Part shown: piece by piece, positions 38,521 to 49,400 of the stretch
Layout: each line of letters opens with the position of its first letter
Numbering within the stretch: position 1 is the stretch's first letter
NCBI GenBank assembly: GCA_043228905.1
Contig: JBHGNT010000084.1
Span: 1-64,000, forward strand
Reading direction: 5' to 3'
DNA: 64,000 nt
Source of the DNA: Azolla caroliniana
Taxonomy: Eukaryota; Plantae; Polypodiophyta
Position numbers and translations under genes: made by a program
Notes under the pieces: generated by a model
The model's input: the letters and a program-made list of their open reading frames with translations, nothing else
Told to the model about the DNA's origin: nothing
The model's database searches: none

Positions 38521-39083
38521 CTGTCCACAAAAAAACAATGAATAGCAAATATGGTAACTTTTCAGGCTGCATAAACCTTAGACTAGTTTCCTCCATTCAC
38601 ATAATCCTGTTCATTTAGATCCTTCATTGTAAACCTGAACACCATCCTTAATCATTCGAAAGAAACCACCCTTTAGCCTATCCCCTAACCCGTTAATTGT
38701 GAGCCTTTCAACCCTCAGTCTAAATCCTTAACAATATATCGTTCATTGTTAAAAACAAAAACACCATCCTAAATATGAACAACTGTAAACCCTTCATTCA
38801 TCCACCATTGAAAACCCTAAACAACCCAAATGCTGACTCTTAAACCCTAAAAAATCCTAAATCCTGAAACCTTGAACAGCCCCAAATCCTTCGTCATAAA
38901 CCCTATGCAGTCCTAAACCCTTTGTCAAGAAACCTTAAACCACCCAAACTCCTCTATTATAATATGCAAAATCCCTTATTGTATAAACCCAAAACCTTAA
39001 AGCGGAATCGTTGCACGGGAAAGACCTTAACTCTAAAAAAACTGCAAATCAAAAGCTCTTTGCGAAGATGGAGATAGACTTAC

Positions 39084-39819
39084 CGGAGCGAATCTTTGCC
39101 GGCAGAAGAGGTGTGGGGCTGCTGCAAGGTGTGCATGTAGTGCTGGGATGCAGTGACAGAGGATCCAACAGAGGCACCCGAGGCCTCGCTGGGGGATGCA
39201 GAGTTGTAAGGCCTGATACCATGATTAGTAGAGCTACTACTATGTTGATGATGGCTGTTTTGCTGCTGCTGGAGCTGTAGCTGCAATTGCTGCTGTTGAA
39301 ATAACTGCTGTTGGTTTGATAGATGTGATGATGGCTGCTGCTGCAGGTTTTGTGGGTGTAACTGTAACTGCTGTTGGTTCTGTTGTGGTCTTTGTTGCAG
39401 TTGTTGGGCATTGTGGGGGGGTGCATTGGAAGGTAGGCCAGCAGAACCTAGGGGTGACCGCGTACCCGAGGACACTGCCGTGCCCGTCGATGACATAGAC
39501 GAAACATTGTTATTATTGGAATTGGTCACTACGCTAGAGAGACCCGCGGGGCACGATGAAGATGTAGTAGTAGATGTAGACACTGCCTGTTGTTGTTGTT
39601 GTTGTTGTTGTTGGCTCTGTTGGGCCATGGCCGCCTCAGAGGCATTGTTGAGCTTTCCACGTGCACGATGCCTCCCTCTGTGAATGTGCCGCTCGCAGTA
39701 CTTCTGGTCGGGCACCACATCCCTCGAGCATCGCCACTTCTTTCCGTCCGTCCGCCTGCATCTTCCTGGCTCCGGGTCGGCATTAACTCCAAACCCCAGC
39801 CTATACCCACCCCATGGCA
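39084..39819 (-). CDS. GRF: Growth-regulating factor, exon 3 (WRC domain and polyQ region)
   Basis: [36 protein letters not shown], an intact C-X9-C-X10-C-X2-H. Acceptor ttgtAG at 39820-39821; donor CCG|GTAAGT at 39084/39083. Confidence 0.95.
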
Positions 39820-39857
39820 CTACAATATCATCATAAGTTGTTGTGTCAATAGCCACT

Positions 39858-39858
<1 letters not shown>

Positions 39859-39909
<51 letters not shown>
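39859..39909. repeat. (CT/GA)n microsatellite in GRF intron 2
   Basis: About 24 CT units. Confidence 0.95.
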
Positions 39910-39913
<4 letters not shown>

Positions 39914-41495
39914 AAAAGGGTTAGATTCTCTAGGGTTTGGCCTTTTTCCTACTACATTATAGCAAGTGGGGCTAGTCCATGGCCTCAGAGGTGGGCAATG
40001 AACCAAATATGAGCACTTTCACATTTGAAAATAGACACGTCCTATCAATTATTTTAACATTCATCCCTCTCGATCATAGGCACTTGTTTGGGAAGACAAT
40101 CATCCCTCTCGATAGGCCCTTAGTCCTCTCTAATAAATAAATTAACTGAATTTAGATTAGGTCCTGCAAATTATTTTGATAGAGAAGGTTTAAATATAAG
40201 AATGTATACATTTCCAATGGAGCATTTACCACTTTGTCAACAGCCAAGAGTCTATGCATGGGCTAAGACATCACACTTATGATTCATGGAAATAACAACG
40301 TATTTTTTTGGAACTCAATTGGCCTACCTCTAACACAAAGCCAACATGCAACAAAGTTCAAAACTATGCATAGATTGCTACATTGCAATCTTCAAAACAT
40401 AGGCTTCCTTGATGATCTTTTCTTTTTACTTAAAAGAAAAGCATTGCCATTAGGAGATTGGGAATTAATTCCCAATGCAATCATTTGGAAACGTGACATA
40501 ATTAGTTGCTTCAATGTTTTAAACAACTAGATCTATTAAAAAAGGCACTTGTGTCGTATGAAAGAGATTTTGTCTTGAATCAATAAATGTCATAAAATGT
40601 TGGCATTGGATATATCCGGACAATATTGAAAATTCTAGAAAGAGCTCAGGGATGAATGTGATGATGCATCTAAACCATGCACAATACTTTGGAATAATAA
40701 ACAAAATAGAACCCATGACATAGCAAAATGTCAAGTCTCTTTGTATGTTTTTACATTTACCTTATTGGGAGAGCAACAGAAGTAGTTTTGACCTCGAATT
40801 TCGAGGACAACTAATCTTATTCAATATAATTCTTGGTCGAAATTCACGACCTCGTATGCTTGATACACAGTCTAGTAAATTCCTACCGACTCGACTCGTA
40901 GTCTTTCACGAAAATTCATTATTTTCTATTTCCAATCGGCTCAATGAGTAGAGAGCATTTATCCACACATGAGGATCTATCGGAAAACACGCACGCCATG
41001 TGATTAGGAGAGAAACACACATGCCCTGGACAAAAACACGAGGAAGATCTACGGAAATAATAAGAGTTTTAAATGAAACCAAGTGTGCGGAGGAAAAGAA
41101 GAGGAATCTCAAGTGGTTGGCCTCAAACTATGTATGGAAGGAAGAGTCTATCTATCATTTCCAACAAACTGAAAAGTGACCCACTAAAACTTGTGCCAAA
41201 TACATATGTATATACATACACACACACATGTAGAGAGAGAGAGAGAGAGAGGATCATGTGATATGACAAGCAAGCCCCTTACAAAAATCAGACATTAGAA
41301 AAGGCATTGTGATGGGATTGTATATTTACACTATATGGTGGAATTTTCAAGGTCTACAAAAGCCATTGGATTCAGGGGATGGGTGATATGAGAGAGAGAG
41401 AGAGCAGAGCAGAGTGGGTGAAATGTGTGTTGGAATCATGGAAAAGAATGGAGCAAAAGAAGATACATAAAAAGATTAGGGTTTAGGGTGCTTAC

Positions 41496-41762
41496 GATTG
41501 GCAAGATGATGGTGATGGGGATGGTGAAGCAGATGGTGAGGTGATGAAGCAGCAGCTGACAAGAGTCCTGCTGCTGCCCCTACTCCTGCTGCAGAACCTG
41601 GTCTGATGATGAGAGGGTGGACAAGCTCCAAGGGCACATTCACACCATTCATGATGTATTTCAGCACAAGTGCCTGGTGCTGCAGCTCCCGGAGCTGGGC
41701 AGGTGTGAACACAACCATGCCCACTGGCTGCTGCTGCTGGAGGAGGCCCATAGGAACCAACC
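41496..41762 (-). CDS. GRF: Growth-regulating factor, exon 2 (QLQ domain)
   Basis: FTPAQLRELQHQALVLKYIMNGVNVPLELV (QX3LX2Q). Acceptor tttttAG at 41763-41764; donor AATC|GTAAG at 41496/41495; 267 nt, phase 1-1. Confidence 0.93.
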
Positions 41763-42151
41763 CTAAAAAAACAAAACCAAAAAACACAAAAGTAATTGTA
41801 GTAGTAGTAGAATTAGCAGATGTCCATCAAATTCAATCAAAATCAATCAGATCATTCATCATTCATCCATCATCCATCATTCATCATCCGTCATTCATCA
41901 TTCATCATTCATCATTCATCATCACAGAGGCTTGGTTTCTAGCTAATCAATCCAACCGTTAATTCCTACTACTTGCTACTATTATCTTTCCCAGCTTCAT
42001 CTCACACACACACAGCCTTCCTGCTTATATCATTTCCTTTCACATTTTATTGAATTCATGGTTGCTTGCTTTCTTTCAACATCACATACTACTTACTCCT
42101 ACTAGTACCCACTGACAGGGAAGCCTCTTCTTTGACTTGTTTTTCTCGTTT

Positions 42152-42189
<38 letters not shown>

Positions 42190-42419
42190 TTTGCTTTTTG
42201 CTTCTTGTCTTCTCGCTTAAATATCTTTCAATGTAGGTAGGGAGTGTGTGTACTTTCTTTGCTCGTTTTCCTCTTCACTTTCTGTGCTTTTCTAGAAGCT
42301 TTTTTTGAGTTTTTGCTTTTTCCGCAATTGTGGGTGCCAAACCAGAAACGCAAAAGTGGACGTAATGGAAAAAGCAAAACGCATAGTTGCAGAGAAGAAG
42401 CAGAAGAAGAAGAAGAAGA

Positions 42420-42547
42420 AGAAGAACGCGTTTGTTTATAGTGACAGAAATCATGCTCAAAAAAGCCACGAAAGCAAAAAAAAACAGAGGAGAAGAACGC
42501 GCTTCTTGTAGTGACAGAAATCATGCTCAAAAAAGCACGAAAGCAAG
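42420..42547. repeat. 70-bp tandem duplication in GRF intron 1
   Basis: AGAAGAACGCG....TAGTGACAGAAATCATGCTCAAAAAAGC(C)ACGAAAGCAA occurs twice (GTGACAGAAA at 42441 and 42511). Confidence 0.9.
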
Positions 42548-42976
42548 ACAGCGGTCCTCTATACGTAAACGATACTCTTTCCACTCTGATTTTCCTGTCC
42601 AACATTCTCTCACATCTCCATCTCTGTGTCTGTCTGTCTGTCTCTCTCTCTCTCTAGCTCTTCTCGACACAGAAGAATACGAGGAACAGAGCAAAAAATT
42701 CCATGCAATACGTTGCTGTCGCGAACTTTACGAAAAGAAAAAGAACTTTTAAATCAAAATCCTTCATGAGCCGTGGCATTATTCATCTGCGGATTGATCG
42801 GCAGGCCGCATTGTGTCAATTTCCCACAGACTTGCCCATGAATGCTTTTAGAGGGAAACACGATATTAATCCATGGATTAATCAGTCGAAGGAACAATAT
42901 ATCTAATCAATGATTTACTACACACATATATGCATATATTATGTACATACATACATTCATTCATATATACATATAC

Positions 42977-43730
42977 CTGAATTTTGGAGAGAAGCGTATG
43001 GATTGCTGAGCAGAGGGGAATGATATAGACTGGAGCGAGCTGCAGCCATTGCATCGTAAACAGACGCCATGGAATTGCTATTACTGTCCTCGCCTGTACG
43101 GCTGGAGGCGGCGGTACGGAGGCCATAATAAAGATCAGTACTGCCGGCCATCATGGCTGAGAAATCCGTAGAAGCAGTAGGGTAATGTCCGGCGGATTGA
43201 TCGTGGCCAGCAGAAGCCAAGCCGAGAGTGGAGTTGCTGCGCACCAGAGAGGAGGACGACGACGACGACGAGCCGCCTAGGAAGCCGCCTAAACCTGCAA
43301 ACCCTGTGGAGGCGGCGCCCGAGCTCTGCAGCTGCGCCAGGCGGTTCAGCTCGTGATGGTAGAGCTGATGATACTGCTGTTGATCGGCGGCCTCCGCCAT
43401 GCCTCCCAATCCGCGGCTGGACCTCTCCGCTGCTTCCACCTCCATTCGATCGGAGGCAGAGGAGGAGCTCGACTTTCTGCTGCATTGCTCTGCATTCTGC
43501 TGTTGCTGTTGCTGCCCTATGGCTATGGCTATGGTGCCTGCACCTGGGTTTTGCGCCGCCGCCTGCAGTAAATTCAACTGCTGCTGCTGCTGCAAGGTGT
43601 GGTTAGGACTGCTACTACCGCCATCTTCATTGACACGATGATGGCTACTGCTGCTGTTACTGTTACCATTATGATTATTAGCAGTATATTGTGTTGATGC
43701 AGCAGAGAACATATTCCTGGGGCCCTCCAT
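42977..43730 (-). CDS. GRF: Growth-regulating factor, exon 1 (long low-complexity N-terminal region)
   Basis: GC-rich open frame from ATG 43730 (MEGPRNMF...) rich in Q, S, N and A. Donor TCAG|GTATAT at 42977/42976. The 754-nt exon (phase 1) joins exon 2 in frame (G|GG TTG GTT). The start codon choice is less certain than the splice junction. Confidence 0.8.
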
Positions 43731-44429
43731 TTTACTCTGTCTTTATCGTATATATGCTCTTTACTTTAATGGCAGATTTTAGGATAAATTACCATTAGTT
43801 ATAGCTAGAAACAATACTTAATTTAAGACCAGAAGCAGGTCGACATGAGGTTATGTGTCTTCAAGCAAATTCTAATAATAACCGTAATAGAGTAGTATGC
43901 AGGCGAGTTAATCATGCAAATTAATGAATTAACTAATTAATTAGCGGTAGGGACACCACCATTATTGCTATTATGAGCAGCAGCTGGAGAAGCATAAACA
44001 TATATGCCACCGTCTACAGTACTGTAATTAATTGCGTAGTTTAATTAATTGTGTTTGTGTTGTATGGTTTGAGCCAATTCATTGATTTAGGAAAATGGCT
44101 CCATCTGTTTTAGGAATAAGAACAAGAATGGATAAGCTGCAGCAGTCCGAGATTTGGTTTGGTTTACTAAACGAGAAAAAAGCTGAGCTGCAGAAGAAGA
44201 AGAAGAAGCCGCAGCATCATCAGTAGCAGGAGCAAGCGTTGTTCATGTGGTTAAGGGCCAGAAGGCCCCCTCTGTAATGGCAGCATGATCAGAGATCATT
44301 CTATTGATTAGTATATAAAGCTCTCATAGCTCTCTCTCTGTCTCTCTCTCTCTCTCTCTCAGAGCTCACAGCTCTCTCTGTCTCTCTGGGTGTGTCTGAA
44401 TGTCTGTCTGTCTCACGCAGACAAAACAC

Positions 44430-44747
44430 ACTATATTGAATTGGTAATCAGAAGAAAAGAAAGAAGATGAAGCGAATTATGTGAGAAGGTACAGCGGGCA
44501 ATGGCAGAGAAGAAGAAGAAAGACAGGAAGAACACAGACACAGAGAGAGAGAGAGATAGGTAATGGGTAACAACAGAGCATGAGTGTGAGAGAGAGAGAG
44601 AGAGAGTGAGAGATGAGAAAGCTGCAATGCTGATATTTCTCAGTTGTGTGCAGAGAGAGTTGCAGAGAGAGAGAGAGAGAGAGAAAGAGAGGGAATGAAG
44701 ATGAGAGGGAAGGGGAGGGGCCCTCTGTGTTATATACATACATATAC

Positions 44748-44780
<33 letters not shown>

Positions 44781-45125
44781 TGTATGTATGCATAGATAGG
44801 TATAGATAGGTATAGATAGATAGACATATGTAGATAGATAGTTATACGGTATACTTATACTCATGGTTATGTATGTATGTATGTCTTTTAGAGAGATTTG
44901 GGTCTGTGTGTGAGTGAGTGTGTGTGTGTGTGTGTGTAAGGTCAGACTCAGAATAATATACATAATGAATGAAGGTGTGGAACTTCAGTGTATGTGTATG
45001 TATGCATATGCATATGTATATGAAGGAAGACAGCGAAATAGAAGCAGAGAGACAGAAGCGGACAGACAGAGAGAGTCAGAGAGAGAGTCAGAGAGAGAGT
45101 CAGAGAGAGAGAGAGAGATAGAGGC

Positions 45126-45171
<46 letters not shown>

Positions 45172-45300
45172 TACTAGTGAAAGAAAAACCACGTACTATT
45201 GAAGACATAGACTGACACAGACAGACAAACACATAGAGAGAGAGAGAGAGAGAGATACTGTGTGTGTATACACACGCTTGTGTGTGTGTGTGTGTGTGTT
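44430..45300 (-). promoter_or_regulatory. GRF promoter / 5' UTR region with candidate TATA box and (CT)n, (TACA)n, (CA)n arrays
   Basis: Minus-strand TATATAA at ~44730-44736 precedes a CT-rich tract (44430-44720), implying a ~1-kb leader. Dense GA/CT repeats. Confidence 0.5.
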
Positions 45301-45749
45301 CTTCCTTTGAATCCAATGGGGCCATGGCCCTCTCCCAATGAAGAATCCTTCCTATCTCTCTCTCAACGTTGGCATACATAAGGTCTTACCCCCCCCCCCC
45401 ACCGTAGCTTCAAAAGAATCACATTAACGCCAACTCTTGATGCATCACAACATGAATGATGAGAATTGGTGGGTAATTCGTATGTCGATAGTCCGTCCAC
45501 CTTATAAACGTAGCCTTCGTAAGTTCCAACACCTGCGAGATGAAAAAAGATTAGAGAAGGATTTGATTGACTCCCCCAATCTTCGAAAATTTCCTCTTAT
45601 GAGGTTCAAGAAACTAATGACGAGGATACAACCATCCCCCTCGAGAATGGATGCTCTTTGCATAGAACCGAACTAACGGAAGATCGATTTAAGGCTAAAG
45701 AACACATTACAAATTTTACTTGGATATTCCATTTCAGATTTTACAATTC

Positions 45750-48700
45750 TATTTTCATTATACCGTTTTGATTCATTTCATGCCTCTATGTGGAAGGGGG
45801 CAGTTGAATGTCTTGGCACCTTAATAATTAAGAGGGAATTTCTCTTGTACATAACCCTTTTTAAAGCCACGTCCCCATTTTGTCGGTCAATCTTATATGG
45901 AGATATATGTACAAAGATGAGGAAGTGCACCTTCATGTCCCACCTCTTCGAACTATCCTCATTCACTTGTGCATGTGTTGAGCTATAGTCAAGTCTTAGC
46001 ATACACATGTATAAGTTGAACTACAATGTGGGCCCATCCTGTAAATGACTATTCGTCTTTTTCCTTCCTCCCCCTTTGGCTTGCCATAAACTTGTGATGT
46101 GAAGAACACATATGCCTACTTTCCTATGTCTCAATCAATTCTCTTTTACTTCAATGCATATTGAATCTATTTATGCTCTCACCTGATTATCTTCTCAGTA
46201 GACTTTGTTTTGTGCCCTCTTATGGACATTAAAATGGACCTTTTGGGGGAAGTCGTTTTAGTATCTTTGTACATGGAATCAACATTTTTTGTAAGGAGAA
46301 GCCCCATTTTCTAAATGAAAGTATATATGACTAGCTAGGGATTGGTTGTGTATTGGCTATCCTAGCTTGTTGATGGTATCAATTCCATACATATTATAAA
46401 ATTCCAGCATTGAGTAACACGTCAAAATAAATCAACACAATTTTGACAAATGCATTTATAGTTAACGAACAATCAACAAGAAAGAGGATAATAATATTAG
46501 AAAGGAAAAGGTATGTCTAGTGCATTTATAAGTATAATTTACTTTAATCATAAGAATTAAGTTAGTGGAATAGAATACTTGTAATATGTATCTTATGGCA
46601 ATGTTTGTGATATAGGTTTATGTCATTGTAATCTGCCCCATTTCTATGCATCTAAATTTGTCAAAAAATCAACTACATTGTTGTGACAAACGTATATTCA
46701 TGTCAAACCTCTTGATTCACCACTAGTTGTGGGGCTATAAATATTTTAGGCCATCCTCTTGCAGTTGGAAAGCCATGTTCTATTGTTAAGATTTTGTTCC
46801 AAATGTCCACATCATGAAGGTGCCAAACCCTCTCCAACTCTACTGTAATCTCTACATTTGTCTTAAATTGCTTTGTAGGTTTTGTAGTGTTTATTTCTTT
46901 ATGATTCGTTAAGACGAGCATGAATTTATTCCACACTATGCATATTGCCATACTATATGACTCCCCATAAATTCTCCACATATTGGATGCTAAATCCAAG
47001 GCTTCTCTACCAACTTGTTGAATATCTTCTCACAATAAATGCAAATGATTCTCCATGTTATTTTTCATAACGAGTGAAGATGCCAAAGTTAAGAAAAATG
47101 AAGACAGCCTACATACACCTTTCTTGTTATGCCTCACTATGAATTTGTTGTGCCTTCGACAGGATGTACCTTGTTGGCCTTTCCTTTTGGATTTTCTACT
47201 TGGGATGTCATTAGAAAAAGAAACAACCATGGTAAATCTTCCTTTTGGACAACAACAATTACGTTTATCACTATGAGGAAATACTCGAGTCTGATTACGT
47301 ACATTGAAGTGTTGCCCAATGCCAGCAAATACAAGCAATTATGTCTTTTGCCATGAGACAAGACTTCTAGTTTGTCTGAAGCATGGAATAAGAGAGAACC
47401 ACAATAAATATCAACAACAAACAGACGCAATGATGACTTTTGCCATGAAGAAAGACTTCATTGAGTCATTTATATGGAGTTCACTTTAACCATTCTTGAG
47501 AGTAGAGTCGGCACATGGATCCTTTCTAATTGTAAAACTCACTCATGACATGTTGTGAATGTAAATTCGTGCAATGTTCTAGATTCAAGTTTGGAAACAC
47601 ATAAGTAATTCAAATTTTAATGACAAATTTATTACGATTTATAAGCAAGTCAAAAGCAACTCATAAAGCATTTATTTTTAAATATATATTATGAACGTAC
47701 AAATTATCGTAGAGAAGTCCTTGAGTATCACCATCACCTATAAAATTGAGAGTTAGGGGCATGCATGCGAGCATCACCTTAGGGGCATAGATGGATCGCA
47801 GGGGAGGATCTGAATTCCTAATGGACAAGTGACTTGAAGCATCTATGTTAATTATGCCTAATGGGAAGTTAATTATGTTTCATGGAGAACATAAACTATT
47901 AAATTTCCATGATAGACTTCACTATAATTGAATTACATCAAACAACCTTAAACCTAGGTTGTGACGTTTTCCCTAAGGCATTTTTCTTGTATTGGAAAAT
48001 TCCATATATATGTCGATTCAACACGCTCTATCCCTTTCCAAGAAATTGTTTTGCATATGTGCTGGTTGCTTTCATATGTCCCTATATATTTGATTAATTC
48101 ATTTTAAAAGACTTCGATCTTCAAATGGAAAGGATTTTGATGCCCAATTTATAACATCTAGCTAGCAATAAGCACCCCGTTTTTAAACATCTCAATGGTC
48201 TTTCCTTGATAATGGACCTTTTTTTTCTTTCTTTTTTCTGGAAAGAAGCTACATTATTACTAAGAAAACGCCATGAGGTTGTACAAGAAATTACTTTACA
48301 CACCTGTTACATGTTAACAATAGCTTTTTCTATCCATAAAATTGAAGCATAAGCCTTCTTTCCAACTGTTGCTCTAAAATATAAGTGCAAATACTCTTGA
48401 TATAGTGCTTGAATCCTTGAAAACACTTCACATGGGATTGTAATGACTAATTACGAGGTTAGAATGTAGATGGGACACATTGCTTGAACTATCAACAATC
48501 TACTATTGCCAATTGTAGATAATCTCCTTCGAAGTCAAATTACGAAAGGAACATTACCAAAGGAGCTTCTTCTTTTTAAGTGAGTCTTCAAATTTAAACC
48601 AATATGGACGTGAATGGAGTTCATATGTATGTAAAGCTAAGAAGTTTACAATAATGAGTGTGTTTCAATTAGATTGTCTTGTTGTCGGATATATGTATGT

Positions 48701-49400
48701 AAAGGTATGAACTTTATAATGATCAGCATGTTTCAGTAGGATTGTATTGTTGTTGAACATACGTGGCCTGAGTTTGTGATTATAATACAATAGTTTTGAT
48801 GGATCATTCACCAACCGAATAATCCCACCAAGAGATAGTTTTATCATGGTCAATACTCCACCATATTCAAATATGTATCAAACAAACCTCTCAAGAACAT
48901 TATCAACTTCTCAATTTACATTTTAAGATGTTGAATCCCCAACCAATATGGAGACATCAATTTGGAAAAACATAACATTGCTCATAAGCTATTACATCTA
49001 GCAACCTTTCATTGTCAAACTTGATTATTGTAACAAACTTTGCAACAAAATAATGCCACATTAAATGAAAGAAAATGATATTATATCTAAGTTCTCCTTT
49101 GTCAATGGGATTTTGTAACATCTCACTCTCAAAAATATAACATTTGGTCTTGATGTTATCATTCTTGCTTACTTTTGATGCCCTTACTTGCACCAAAATA
49201 TCCCTAATTTCACGAAGGCGAATAGAGCTCAAGATGCAACCTTTTTCTTCATTGTTAAGTTATATATTCAATTCACTCTTTGCTTCAAAATTTATGTGCA
49301 TGAACTCAAGAAGTGTTTGGAAAAAAAACCACTACTTAGCATTACTTAACAAATAGAATACAACAAAATTCTAAATGATCCACATGGCAAATAAAGGAAA
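45750..49400. mobile_element. Mosaic of decayed LINE fragments
   Basis: At ~47150-47190 (+) the sequence resembles the LINE RT motif LRQGC.L.P.LF. Surrounding frames are broken. Confidence 0.35.

Noticed and set aside
39011-40012. Antisense and alternate-frame ORFs over GRF exon 3 (likewise over exon 1, 43135-43641)
   Set aside because: By-products of CAG/CAA repeats and high GC in the real exons.
40770-41090. CpG-rich patch in GRF intron 2, possibly a small TE
   Set aside because: Could not define termini, TSD or coding motifs.
44280-44292. CAGCATGATC resembling the miR167 3' half
   Set aside because: Only a 10-nt match; the 5' half is absent.
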